Part shown: piece after piece, positions 27,946 through 37,660 of the stretch | How positions within the stretch are numbered: the stretch's first letter is position 1 | Layout: each line of letters starts with the position of its first letter | Origin: Candidatus Saccharimonadota bacterium | GTDB taxonomy: Bacteria > Patescibacteriota > Saccharimonadia > UBA4664 | Assembly: GCA_019352195.1 (NCBI GenBank) | Contig: JACAFG010000001.1 | Location: 66,485-130,484, forward strand | Length of the DNA stretch: 64,000 bases | Direction of reading: 5' to 3' | Notes under the pieces: model-generated | The model's input: the letters and a program-made list of their open reading frames with translations, nothing else | What the model was told of the DNA's origin: nothing | Databases searched by the model: none | Made by a program: the position numbers and the translations under genes

Positions 27946-29346
27946 TTGGCTTACTCGTCATATACCGGCATCCTTAAAGTAATATTGAGGTTAAATGTGG
28001 CATTATCATTTCGGCGCAGTTACGTTGACCGTCGGGTTTTCACCGCCTTATCAATTTTGGCACTATTTTCTCTAAGTACGACGTTTGTGACAATTGGTGC
28101 TGTCACCAAAATGGTGAGCTCGCGCCAAGAAGGGCTAAATTATAGCAATGCTCGCACCACTTTGGGCGATTTGTTGACTGAGCTTAATGCGGCCGAGAGC
28201 GCCCAGCGAGGCTATTTGCTGGTCGAGGATAAAACCTATCTCGAGCCCTATAACATGGCCATAAAAGTAATTCCGGGGGATGTCACCACGCTTCAGGCTC
28301 AGCTCGCCGGAACCCCGTATAGTACCACCATGAGCACCATCTATCCGCTAGTAAATCAAAAACTCGCGGAGCTGGCATCAACGATTACCGCCAACGATAC
28401 GCAGGGGCACGATGCTGCCATAAGTATCGTGGCCGCGGCCGACGGGCAGTCCCGCATGTCGAAAATTCGAACAATCATCACTAGCATTCTCGACAACCTT
28501 AACGGCGAAGTATCGGCTGCGCGAGTGGAGGTAAATCAGTACGCCAGCTGGGCCCGCGATATTGGCTTGTTGGCCCTGGGCGGAACACTCGTTTTGGTGG
28601 TGGGGATTTACTTCTTGTTTGACCATGCGATTGAGGCTGAACGTGCTCTCGATCAAGCTAAAGATGAGTTTGTTTCGCTTGCGTCGCACCAGTTGCGAAC
28701 ACCTGCCACCGGTATCAAATCCATTTTATCAATGCTTGAACACGGCGATTTTGGCCCCCTGACAGATCGACAGCATAATGTTGTCAGTAAAGCCGTCCGA
28801 AGTAACGCCCGCGAACTCGCCATAATCGAAGAGCTCCTTAACGTTGCCAAGGCCGACGCCGGCCGTTTAGTTTTGAAGCCGGTTGAACTGGATTTGGGTA
28901 AGTTGGTAGAGCAGGTAGTGGGTGAGCAGCAGGCTGCCTACACGACGAAATATATTGCGCTTGGACTGCATCAGCCGAGCCACACGGTGAAATTGCTCGC
29001 TGACGAAGAAAAACTCTATATGGCCATTACGAACCTGGTCGACAATGCCCGCAAATATACGCCAGAAGGTGGCAGCGTTACCGTAACAATAGCCAACCAC
29101 CGTAATCATGTCTCTATCGAAGTGGCCGATAGTGGCATTGGTATCGATGAGCATGAGCTCGATCACATCTTCGATCGGTTCCAACGTTCGCGGATGGTGT
29201 TGGCAGGGACAATCGAAGGTACCGGTCTTGGTTTATACTTGGCTCGTCGCATTGCGGAGCTGCATCATGGTACGATAAACGTAGATTCCAAAAAAGATCA
29301 CGGCTCCAGATTCACAATGATTTTACCGAGGCGTCCTCAATCATGA
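27946..29346 (+). CDS. sensor histidine kinase with CHASE3-like periplasmic domain
   Basis: TM, then CHASE3-like region (AQRGYLLVEDKTYLEPYN), second TM, H-box LASHQLRTPATGI, HATPase_c (DNARKYT, DSGIGI, GTGLGLYLA). The exact start is uncertain; a GTG near 27996 is an alternative. Confidence 0.75.
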   Translation: MAYSSYTGILKVILRLNVALSFRRSYVDRRVFTALSILALFSLSTTFVTIGAVTKMVSSRQEGLNYSNARTTLGDLLTELNAAESAQRGYLLVEDKTYLEPYNMAIKVIPGDVTTLQAQLAGTPYSTTMSTIYPLVNQKLAELASTITANDTQGHDAAISIVAAADGQSRMSKIRTIITSILDNLNGEVSAARVEVNQYASWARDIGLLALGGTLVLVVGIYFLFDHAIEAERALDQAKDEFVSLASHQLRTPATGIKSILSMLEHGDFGPLTDRQHNVVSKAVRSNARELAIIEELLNVAKADAGRLVLKPVELDLGKLVEQVVGEQQAAYTTKYIALGLHQPSHTVKLLADEEKLYMAITNLVDNARKYTPEGGSVTVTIANHRNHVSIEVADSGIGIDEHELDHIFDRFQRSRMVLAGTIEGTGLGLYLARRIAELHHGTINVDSKKDHGSRFTMILPRRPQS

Positions 29347-29738
29347 CTGCTAAAACACTACCCAAAATCATGATCGTTGAAGATGACGATATTATTCGAG
29401 AAGTTTATACGCTCAAATTCGAGCTCGAAGGTTTTCCCGTCACTGCCGCCGAAAACGGTCAAATTGCACTCGAACGCGCGGCCAGCTTTGAACCCGATAT
29501 TATATTACTCGACATGATGATGCCGGTAATGGGCGGCCTCGACTTTATGCGCGCGTGGCGTGCTTTGCCAGAGCGCGCCGCCGAAGTTATTGTTTTTAGC
29601 AATATTTCTGCCCCCAATCAAATGAATGAAGTGCTTGCTCTTGGCGCCAGCGAATATTGGGTGAAGTCTGACTATACGCCCGATCGAGCAACTACTGCCA
29701 TCGTGGAGCGTTGGCAACGTCGCGATAACCAGAAATGA
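29343..29738 (+). CDS. single-domain response regulator (CheY-like receiver)
   Basis: IMIVEDDD…ILLDMMMP…VFSN. No output domain. Start overlaps the histidine-kinase stop. Confidence 0.8.
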   Translation: MTAKTLPKIMIVEDDDIIREVYTLKFELEGFPVTAAENGQIALERAASFEPDIILLDMMMPVMGGLDFMRAWRALPERAAEVIVFSNISAPNQMNEVLALGASEYWVKSDYTPDRATTAIVERWQRRDNQK

Positions 29739-30511
29739 AGCTCCTGGACGGACGCGAGGCGGCCGACTTTATCAAAGCTCGCCACGCAGGCGAGGTGAGG
29801 GGACTACCGCCGATGCGCCTCGCAATTGTGCGCCAAGGCGCCACCGCGGCCACCGACATGTACTTGCGTGTTAAGCAGCGCTACGGCGATGACATTGGTA
29901 TTGATGTCGACTTGTACACTGAAACTGGGGCAACGCTCTTAAAGCGGATTCATCAGCTCAACAGTGACGACAGTGTGATGGCTATTAATGTAGAATTACC
30001 GTTCACTGACGCCCCGGAGCTTACCAATGAGGCCTTGGCCGCGGTTACGCCCAGCAAAGACGTCGAAGGCTTTGCACCCGGATCGGAGTTTGAAGTGGTT
30101 ACACCTAAGGCCATAATGTGGCTGCTGGCGGCATACAACATCGACCTCAAGGCGCGGCGTATTGGCATCGTCGGACTGGGTAAATTAGTAGGAGCACCGT
30201 TGGCCGAGCGCCTCGAAGCCTCAGGCCACACCGTGATGCGCTGCGACGAGCATACGAAAGATTTAGCCGCCCAATTATCGGAATGCCCGGTAGTAATAAC
30301 TGCCACCGGACAGCCCGGACTCATCACTGCCAGCATGCTTGCGGATGGAGCTGTGGTGGTTGACGCGGGTGCCCCCAAGTCCGATTTAGCTGACGATGTC
30401 TTAGCGCGTCCAGATCTCACTCGCACGCCTAACCCGGGCGGTGTTGGACCCATGACGGTAGCTGCCTTGTTCGATAACGTGATTTTAGCCTGTCGCCGCG
30501 CTCGCAAATAA
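29735..30511 (+). CDS. folD: bifunctional methylenetetrahydrofolate dehydrogenase/cyclohydrolase FolD
   Basis: GGVGPMTVAAL signature, Rossmann GIVGLGKLVGAPLA, MKLLDG N-terminus. Confidence 0.85.
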   Translation: MKLLDGREAADFIKARHAGEVRGLPPMRLAIVRQGATAATDMYLRVKQRYGDDIGIDVDLYTETGATLLKRIHQLNSDDSVMAINVELPFTDAPELTNEALAAVTPSKDVEGFAPGSEFEVVTPKAIMWLLAAYNIDLKARRIGIVGLGKLVGAPLAERLEASGHTVMRCDEHTKDLAAQLSECPVVITATGQPGLITASMLADGAVVVDAGAPKSDLADDVLARPDLTRTPNPGGVGPMTVAALFDNVILACRRARK

Positions 30512-30572
30512 GGGAGTGCCGCCAAACGTGGCATCCATCACAACTAAATAGATGGATAGAAAAAGCCGCGAA

Positions 30573-30971
30573 TCAAGCGGCGTTGGGTGATTTCTTGCCT
30601 AAAAGAGTCTGTACGCGCTCAACTACTTCTTTGGGAGTAGATTCGGCTTTGACAATAAAATCATCGGCTGCCATTTTGTAGACGCGCGTGGCAGTTTCGG
30701 TGTCGCCCATATTGGTGAGCACAATCACCTTAAAAGGGTGACTAGTGGACGTCTGGCGCAAATGGCTCAGCACGTCAAACCCAGTTACTTCGGGCATCAT
30801 CAGGTCGAGAAGGACGATGTCTGGCTTAAAAGTATCAAACAACTCCAGGCCGCTCTGGCCGTCACCCGCCGTTTGGACGGCGTAGCCTTCGTGCTCAAAT
30901 TTGGCGCGGTACATTTCAACGATGGCTAAATCATCTTCAACAATAGCAATTTTTGTAGGTTGCTCGCTCAT
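30573..30971 (-). CDS. single-domain response regulator (CheY-like receiver)
   Basis: KIAIVEDD…IVLLDLMMP…VLTN…K. Confidence 0.8.
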   Translation of the reverse strand: MSEQPTKIAIVEDDLAIVEMYRAKFEHEGYAVQTAGDGQSGLELFDTFKPDIVLLDLMMPEVTGFDVLSHLRQTSTSHPFKVIVLTNMGDTETATRVYKMAADDFIVKAESTPKEVVERVQTLLGKKSPNAA

Positions 30972-31027
30972 TTCGCAATCTTACCCCAAAGATCAGGCGG
31001 TCGCAATTAAGTGGCGCCCCAATATGG

Positions 31028-31690
31028 CTACTTGACAGCAAGTTGCGGTAGCTCGAGGTCATAGATGGCGGCGAGCACAGCGTCGGCAGTTGGCTGCGGT
31101 CTCATCGGGCGACCAATGGTAACCTGAAACCCACGCCGGAGCCCGCTCGTCCATTGGATGCGCGCCGGAATAATACGCACCATCGGGTTTACTCCCAAGA
31201 CGGCCACGCCAACACGAGCCGGCGACTGGCGGGGCAGCGTGCGGCGGCCTTCGGGGAACATCACCACGGTCTGACCGCGGCCCAGGTACGCCCGGGCAGC
31301 TTCAATCCCATAGGGCAGCGTCTGCTCTTTTCGGGCAGGGAAGCTGCCAAAGCTAAGCAATGGCCAGCGCAGCCACAGCCGGGTAAACAGGCTGGCGTTG
31401 GCCATATAGCGAAATACGCCCAGATTTGGCCACAAGCTCATGGGTAGCGCGCCGCAAATTACAAATGGATCAGCGGCGCTCTGGTGGTTGGCGGCAATCA
31501 CGTAGTGATAGTTCTTATCCAGATCGCTAGGCAAGAGCTCGATTCGTCGGGCGCCCCGCATAACCAATGCCTCAACCCAGCGGGACGGCCAATACCAAAA
31601 ATGCTGATTAAACCGAATAAACCCCAGATACCGTGAGGAAGTAAGGGGGATGGGGGTTGGAAGCAGGCGCTGAGCGCGAATAGTCGTCAT
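31028..31690 (-). CDS. lysophospholipid (1-acyl-sn-glycerol-3-phosphate) acyltransferase family, PlsC/OlsA-like
   Basis: HX4D motif ANHQSAADPF and FPEGRRT motif. Confidence 0.7.
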   Translation of the reverse strand: MTTIRAQRLLPTPIPLTSSRYLGFIRFNQHFWYWPSRWVEALVMRGARRIELLPSDLDKNYHYVIAANHQSAADPFVICGALPMSLWPNLGVFRYMANASLFTRLWLRWPLLSFGSFPARKEQTLPYGIEAARAYLGRGQTVVMFPEGRRTLPRQSPARVGVAVLGVNPMVRIIPARIQWTSGLRRGFQVTIGRPMRPQPTADAVLAAIYDLELPQLAVK

Positions 31691-31745
31691 TTATCGTAGT
31701 TCTTATTCTTGATTAAAATATAACATAGTGTTATAGTTTAATCAA

Positions 31746-32513
31746 ATGTCAACTTTAAAACATCTTCTGCGCTACCACAAAATTCTGCTTCTAGGCTCAG
31801 ACAAATCATATAACGCAGCCCCGGCCGTGCGTCCGGACGATGATCGGGCCGCGCGCCAATTACACGCTAAAATTTATCGTGAACTTGGCTATGTCACCCC
31901 CGATGGGGTCAACCATCTTGGTCTCATGACGCCAGCAGCCGACCCCTACGGCCACAAAGCGGTCTATTTCGCTGTTTGGTCGTCCGCTAAAACTGCGTCC
32001 GCGCCCGTTGCCACGGGACGTATTATTGAGGCTGCTCCAGGTGACGATCACATGGCATTTCAAATGTACAACGAGCTCACGCTGTCGCCAGAAGCCGTCG
32101 CCACAATAGGAAGCTTCGACCCCAGCACGTGTGCCGAAGTTTCGGGTCTTGCTAAGCGTCGAGGCGAAAGTACGGTCGCTATTTTGCTGCTTTACCGCGC
32201 CATGTGGCAATATTCGATTGGACGACATCATAAACTGTGGCTGATGGCGGTAGATGAGCGACTGTTTGGCCGAATTCAACAGCTCTTCGGGCCTGCCTTT
32301 CAGGTTGCGGGCGAGCCAGTTTTTTTTCGCGGTCACACCGTAGTACCGGCTATGCTAAATTTGGAGACATCGATCGACAAACTCATACGGGCGAGTAAAA
32401 CGGGCTCGCCTTGGCAGCGCTTGGTGCGTGCTCGTTTAGCCGCATTTATGCTGCATGGACTACCAAACGATCTTCGCCGTACCCATCAGTCAAAAGCGAA
32501 AACTGAGGCTTAA
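31746..32513 (+). CDS. GNAT-fold N-acyltransferase, Acetyltransf_5 family (OlsB/FeeM-like), paralog of 15273..16055
   Basis: AARQLHAKIYRELGYVTPDGVNHLGLMTPAADPYGHKAVYFAVWSS…ATGRIIE matches the same R..Y..f..E.D.YD..a.H core. Divergent from the PlsC-like gene, with a 55-nt intergenic region. Confidence 0.5.
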   Translation: MSTLKHLLRYHKILLLGSDKSYNAAPAVRPDDDRAARQLHAKIYRELGYVTPDGVNHLGLMTPAADPYGHKAVYFAVWSSAKTASAPVATGRIIEAAPGDDHMAFQMYNELTLSPEAVATIGSFDPSTCAEVSGLAKRRGESTVAILLLYRAMWQYSIGRHHKLWLMAVDERLFGRIQQLFGPAFQVAGEPVFFRGHTVVPAMLNLETSIDKLIRASKTGSPWQRLVRARLAAFMLHGLPNDLRRTHQSKAKTEA

Positions 32514-32514
32514 T

Positions 32515-33222
32515 ATGAACCGACTCACGAAAGCACTGTGGAGCTTGTATGCTAAATCGTACGACGGCCTGTTGTATTTTTGGCCGTATAAAAACTTGCT
32601 CGGCCTCATGGCGGCGCGATCTCATCCAGCGGCCGGTGAGGTAATGCTCGATCTCGGCTGCGGCACTGGTAACTTACTAAAAATCCTCATCGAGGCAAGC
32701 CCTAACGCTCATTTCATTGGTCTTGATGTCTCTAGCGGCATGCTCGAAGTGGCTCGACGTAAACTCGCAGTACAGATAAAAACCGGTACGGTAGAACTTA
32801 CCGAAGGCGAGATTATGACCTACCTCCGACAACAACCAAACGCCTCGTTTGATGTCATTGCCTCCATGAATGTGCTTTACACTATTGCCGACCAAACAGG
32901 CTTGTGGTACGAGCTCATGAGGGTACTCAGGCCTGGCGGCCGTATTATTATTACCGCCTCGGTGCGGCCGGGCAGCGGCGCTATTATCGCCGAGCATTTC
33001 GCTCATGCTACGTTGTGGCCTTTGTTGCGACTACGGCTCCTAGCCGTATTCATTATCGATGCCATCATTAACGTACTGGGCCACACCGGCCACTTTGCCT
33101 TTAGCGACGAAGCCACTCTGGAGGTTGCCGTTGAGGCAGCCGGCGGCCACATGCACGATGCGGTAACCTGCTACGGGGGCTCTGAAAAAGGCGTTAATAC
33201 GCTTTTTACCGTCTCAAGTTAA
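32515..33222 (+). CDS. class I SAM-dependent methyltransferase
   Basis: Motif I VMLDLGCGTGNLLKIL, post-I D, motif II/III VLRPGGRIIIT. ATG at 32515 overlaps the TAA of the upstream gene. Confidence 0.7.
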   Translation: MNRLTKALWSLYAKSYDGLLYFWPYKNLLGLMAARSHPAAGEVMLDLGCGTGNLLKILIEASPNAHFIGLDVSSGMLEVARRKLAVQIKTGTVELTEGEIMTYLRQQPNASFDVIASMNVLYTIADQTGLWYELMRVLRPGGRIIITASVRPGSGAIIAEHFAHATLWPLLRLRLLAVFIIDAIINVLGHTGHFAFSDEATLEVAVEAAGGHMHDAVTCYGGSEKGVNTLFTVSS

Positions 33223-33246
33223 GCTTAAGCGTGTTAAAATAAGCCC

Positions 33247-35382
33247 ATGACTGTTGAGTTGGTGGGCGTAGTTTTGGTAGCTGCGAGTGCTATTTTATTA
33301 GGGCTCGTGACGCTGCTTACCAACATGCATCGCCGTCCCAACCGTATCTTTGCGATCCTAAGCGGCTTGGCGTGCTGCTTTGTGGTCGTTAATTATCTGG
33401 TCGATCACACCGACAGCCACGCTTTGTTGTTAGCTCGCGCGACGTTTTTTATTGGTTGTTTTATGGCCTGGTCCATGTTTGCTTTTATGGCTAATTTTCC
33501 TCGGCGATTTTGGCCGGGACGCGCCGAATGGGTCGCTCTTATTTTGGCCACTATCACGGCCCTGTTTACGCTGACGCCATACTTTATACCTGGAATTGTT
33601 GTTGAGGCGGGCAAAAATACGGTTCAGGAAGGCCCGCTCTACGGCGTGTTTATTATTTACGCAGCGATCATTTTTATTGCCACCGGCGCGGCAATTGTCA
33701 CGGCCTTAGACAAAACTCGTGCCCTCGAGAGGCGTCGTGTTCGTTTGGTAGCAGTAGCGCTGGGCGCAAGCGCCGTACTGCTTATGGCCACCAACGTGTT
33801 GATTCCGCTTGTGGTGGGTTCGGATGCCTCGGCTAGTTGGGGACCGCTGTCACTGGTATTGTTCATTTCAGTAAGTACGTACGCTATTATCCGCCAGCGG
33901 TTGTTTGATGTGCGTTTGCTCGTTACACGTTCCATCGTTTACCTGCTCCTGCTCATTACCCTCACGGTTATATTCGTAGGGTCCGCTTTTGCCGCTTCGC
34001 ACTTCTTGTTCAATGACCAATCCGGCGGTTTGAATCAAACGCTGGTTTATGCAGCTTTGAGCATTATTCTAGCGTTTGCTTTCCAGCCACTGCGGCGTGG
34101 TTTTGAACATCTGACCAATCGCATTTTTTACCATGATCAATACTCGAGCCGGATGGTTCTCGACAGCATTTCGCGCATTTTGGTGTCGGAATTGCACCTC
34201 GACCGGCTAATGTCGCGTAGTCTTGATACGCTCTGCCGAGAGATGCGCTTGGAGTTTGGGCAGCTCATCATTTTCAACGAAGACCGGGTTTACCGCATTG
34301 AGCACTTTGGACCATTACCCAAACGGCTCATGGTGGTACCAGAGCTGCGTCGCTTGGGCACAGGGCAAGTCGTTGCCGATGAACTTTCGGGTGGCGAACG
34401 TAAAGGTTTGCTCGACGATCATGGTATTCGCATGTCACTTGGGCTCAAAACGAGCGGTGAGTTTGTCGGGTACCTATTGCTTGGCGATAAACTTTCGGGC
34501 GACAGCTACAACAAAGAAGAGCTCGAGCTCATTGCTATCATCGGCAAACAACTGGCTGTAGGTGTGGCTAACGCCATGTCGTACGCCGAAATCGAGGCTT
34601 TTAACCGCACCCTCCAAGACCGCGTCGACCACGCCACCTCTCGTCTGCGCGTGGCCAACCGCCACCTCAAAGAACTTGATAAAACCAAAGACGAATTTAT
34701 TTCCATGGCGTCTCATCAGCTCCGTACGCCGCTAACCACCATCAAAGGCTACCTCAGCATGATGACCGAAGGCGATGCCGGGAAGCTAACGGCGACTCAG
34801 CGCGAATTTGCCGGCTATGCCTACGATGCCTCAGAGCGTATGGTAAATCTCATCTCCGATTTGCTTAACGTGTCGCGACTTGAAGCCGGGCGCTTTATGA
34901 TTCAGACCAAACCCACCGATATTACCGCTATGGTGGCCGACGAAGTTCGGCAGCTTCAGCAGCACGCCGATACTAAAGGCCTCGAAATGAAATTCATCCC
35001 GCCACCCGAAATTTTTCCGCCAATTGAGATTGACGAGAATAAAACCCGTCAGGTAATTATGAATTTTATCGACAATGCTATTTACTACACCAGGACCGGC
35101 GGCAGCGTTACTATTAGTTTGAAGCGCGTGGGCGAGAATGCTCGTCTAGAAGTTACCGATACCGGCATCGGTGTGCCGACTATCGCTAAGAAAAAACTCT
35201 TCAGCAAATTTTTCCGCGCCGAAAACGCCCAGGGTATGCGTCCAGATGGGACTGGTCTGGGGCTCTACTTAGCGCGGCGCGTAATTGCTGATCAAAATGG
35301 TACAATCATTTTTAAGAGCACTGAAGGCGAAGGTTCAACCTTCGGATTCGAACTGCCGTTTACAGCAATAAGCAATAAGTGA
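33247..35382 (+). CDS. multi-sensor histidine kinase: 7-TM N-domain, GAF-like domain, HisKA, HATPase_c
   Basis: About 7 TM in the first 300 aa. GAF-like region (GEFVGYLLLGDKLSG). H-box MASHQLRTPLTTIKGY. N/G boxes DNAIYYT, DTGIGV, GTGLGLYLA. Confidence 0.8.
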   Translation: MTVELVGVVLVAASAILLGLVTLLTNMHRRPNRIFAILSGLACCFVVVNYLVDHTDSHALLLARATFFIGCFMAWSMFAFMANFPRRFWPGRAEWVALILATITALFTLTPYFIPGIVVEAGKNTVQEGPLYGVFIIYAAIIFIATGAAIVTALDKTRALERRRVRLVAVALGASAVLLMATNVLIPLVVGSDASASWGPLSLVLFISVSTYAIIRQRLFDVRLLVTRSIVYLLLLITLTVIFVGSAFAASHFLFNDQSGGLNQTLVYAALSIILAFAFQPLRRGFEHLTNRIFYHDQYSSRMVLDSISRILVSELHLDRLMSRSLDTLCREMRLEFGQLIIFNEDRVYRIEHFGPLPKRLMVVPELRRLGTGQVVADELSGGERKGLLDDHGIRMSLGLKTSGEFVGYLLLGDKLSGDSYNKEELELIAIIGKQLAVGVANAMSYAEIEAFNRTLQDRVDHATSRLRVANRHLKELDKTKDEFISMASHQLRTPLTTIKGYLSMMTEGDAGKLTATQREFAGYAYDASERMVNLISDLLNVSRLEAGRFMIQTKPTDITAMVADEVRQLQQHADTKGLEMKFIPPPEIFPPIEIDENKTRQVIMNFIDNAIYYTRTGGSVTISLKRVGENARLEVTDTGIGVPTIAKKKLFSKFFRAENAQGMRPDGTGLGLYLARRVIADQNGTIIFKSTEGEGSTFGFELPFTAISNK

Positions 35383-35801
35383 GAAAGTATAAGACAATGG
35401 CTCAATCTGCCTCTGCTGCGCACGACAAAATCATTTTGCTGGCCGAAGATGATCCGTTTATTTCACGAATGTACCAAGTAAAGCTTTCTGGTGCCGGTTT
35501 TACCGTTATTACCAAAACCAATGGCCGTGAAGCCTATGAGGCCATTAAGTCGGACAAGCCGAGTCTCATAATGCTCGATATCAATATGCCAGAGCTATCC
35601 GGGTTGGAAGTGCTATCGGCATTAGCGAGCGATAGCTTCGACTTTAGCACCACGCCTACCATTGTCCTCACAAATTCATCGAGCATGGAAGACCGCAAAA
35701 AAGCCGAGCAGTATGGCGCCGAATACCTGGTAAAAGCCGAGCTCACGCCTCGCCAGGTGCTCGATTTAATCGATGACAAGCTGGGTATCGGCCATGCTTA
35801 G
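35379..35801 (+). CDS. single-domain response regulator (CheY-like receiver)
   Basis: ILLAEDD…IMLDINMP…VLTN…K. Start overlaps the histidine-kinase stop. Confidence 0.8.
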   Translation: MRKYKTMAQSASAAHDKIILLAEDDPFISRMYQVKLSGAGFTVITKTNGREAYEAIKSDKPSLIMLDINMPELSGLEVLSALASDSFDFSTTPTIVLTNSSSMEDRKKAEQYGAEYLVKAELTPRQVLDLIDDKLGIGHA

Positions 35802-35973
35802 TGCCGGGCTTTTCGGCATGGCCTGCTTTATAATTGTTTTTCTTGGACTGCGCGGCTTCGAATATTTTTACCATCACCTGCGCCACACACCCGACTGGTC
35901 GCCTCATTGGGGCAGCTGGGTCTTTGCGGTCCTGGCGGGCCTTTATGTTTTTCTGACCAATATTGGCCGGTAA
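35794..35973 (+). CDS. small membrane protein (about 60 aa, 2 TM), possible
   Basis: ATG at 35794 overlaps the response-regulator stop. Two hydrophobic helices. Confidence 0.25.
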   Translation: MLSAGLFGMACFIIVFLGLRGFEYFYHHLRHTPDWSPHWGSWVFAVLAGLYVFLTNIGR

Positions 35974-35999
35974 ATAAGTAGCTTGAAGGCAATGGAATG

Positions 36000-37130
36000 C
36001 TAAGGTAGTCCAATTGTGGTCCTTATCCGGCTGAGCGTGTAAGTATAACCAGGTAGCTGATACTCGCCGCTGGATGTGGTTACGGCCGTCCTATAACCAG
36101 CTGCCGCCACTATTTTTACCGTATCCGAATCGTAGTTTCCGTACGGATAGGAGAAATCATAAATTGAATGGCCAATTTCGTGTTCAATCGCCGTTTTTGA
36201 GTCGGCAATCTCGTGCCGCTGCTCATCGACTGGTAGGGTTGCTAGCTCAAGGTGATTAAGTGAGTGGCCACCAATGGTGATCAGACCGCTGGCATCTAGC
36301 AGGCGAATTTGATTCCACGAGAGGTACGCATCACCGCAGCCCGCCGCCGGTTGCATGGGGTCGTTATAGCGCCGCCCAGCTCCAATGCACCAGCGGCTTT
36401 CAGTACCGCCATTGATAATGTAGTACGTCGCTTTCATGTTGTGAGCCTTGAGCATATCAAACGCCTGCATCTGGTTCTCAAAACCATCGTCAAAAGTGAG
36501 TACCACCGGTTTGGCCGGCAGCGGGCCTCCCAAGGTGAGCGCCGCATAGACCGTTTTGAGATCAATCACGGTGTAATTATGCGCCTGCAGATAATCCAGT
36601 TCATCGTTGAAGTCGGCGGGAGTGTAGTGATAAATGACAATCGGAATAAACAGTCCGCTCGGCGATACGCTCGAAAATGGCGTTGGGGTTGGCACGGTAG
36701 CTACCACCGCTCCGGAACCTAGTAACGATAATTGGCCGCGCCAGTTACCGAGCTGACCTTCAAGCTGCTTAATGTTGGTCTCAGCCGCGATGTATTGGCC
36801 ACTGGCAGCTTGCAGCGATATATTAGAGACCTTGCCCGCCAACATTCCCGGCGCGACCAAGCTGGCATCATTACGCGCCTGCAGCGAATTAAAACTATGG
36901 ACATCGTTTTGGAGCTTGGCTAAATCTTGTCGTAGTTTCAGCGGGTAACCCGTGTAAATGCCGGTACCCGTTGGCGCAGGCCAGTTGGTAACGACAGCGT
37001 AAATGGCCGCGGTAACAATAAGCAATAAGCCCAAAAAAATGAGTCGGCGTTGGGGGAAGAGTTTCGCCTTTGCCTGAGGCAGGGCTTTCGCCTTCAATTT
37101 GCGTTTAGCTTTTGATTTAGACCTGGTCAT
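36000..37130 (-). CDS. polysaccharide deacetylase (CE4/NodB homology domain) with N-terminal Lys-rich tail and TM anchor
   Basis: VVLTFDDGF (TFDDG motif 1), HSLNH. N-terminus KSKAKRKLKAKALPQAKAK then TM. Confidence 0.75.
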   Translation of the reverse strand: MTRSKSKAKRKLKAKALPQAKAKLFPQRRLIFLGLLLIVTAAIYAVVTNWPAPTGTGIYTGYPLKLRQDLAKLQNDVHSFNSLQARNDASLVAPGMLAGKVSNISLQAASGQYIAAETNIKQLEGQLGNWRGQLSLLGSGAVVATVPTPTPFSSVSPSGLFIPIVIYHYTPADFNDELDYLQAHNYTVIDLKTVYAALTLGGPLPAKPVVLTFDDGFENQMQAFDMLKAHNMKATYYIINGGTESRWCIGAGRRYNDPMQPAAGCGDAYLSWNQIRLLDASGLITIGGHSLNHLELATLPVDEQRHEIADSKTAIEHEIGHSIYDFSYPYGNYDSDTVKIVAAAGYRTAVTTSSGEYQLPGYTYTLSRIRTTIGLP

Positions 37131-37153
37131 TAGAACCGATTATAAGGTTGGCC

Positions 37154-37651
37154 TTAGGAGGTTGGCAATTCCACCTTGGCCTGATGACGGCGATATTCAA
37201 TGATCGTAAGCCAGACTACTAAGCCATCTATAACCGTCAGCAGCCCATCGAATACCCAATGGCCTTCGGTAAAAATTCGGTATATTTGGTACAGCATAAA
37301 CAAAATCAAAACTACGATTGCCGCCGGATACAAGGCGTATTTACGGCTTAACAGAGCTATCACAAGCCCTACCTTTATGACGCCGTGAAGCAATAAATAA
37401 GCGGCGGTATACATTTGGATTCCCGGCGTAAAACTATGCCCCAGTGAGGTCACCGCATGCGTTAACCAGTCGTGATCTACTACCAGATCATTTTGGCCAA
37501 TAGTTATGATCCAGGCATGCAGCGACGCGCTTGGGACGAGCAGTAAGGCTAGGCCGCCAATCAGCTCCAGAGCACCGTCAATACCCTTAAAAACCAGAAC
37601 AATCTTAAACCAGCGGTCAAGCCATGTTTGTGAAATTGGGTGATCGTGCAT
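37154..37651 (-). CDS. DUF2127-like membrane protein (4 TM)
   Basis: WFKIVLVFKGIDGALELIGGLALLL… topology and size match the DUF2127 family. Confidence 0.5.
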   Translation of the reverse strand: MHDHPISQTWLDRWFKIVLVFKGIDGALELIGGLALLLVPSASLHAWIITIGQNDLVVDHDWLTHAVTSLGHSFTPGIQMYTAAYLLLHGVIKVGLVIALLSRKYALYPAAIVVLILFMLYQIYRIFTEGHWVFDGLLTVIDGLVVWLTIIEYRRHQAKVELPTS

Positions 37652-37660
37652 AGATTAAGC

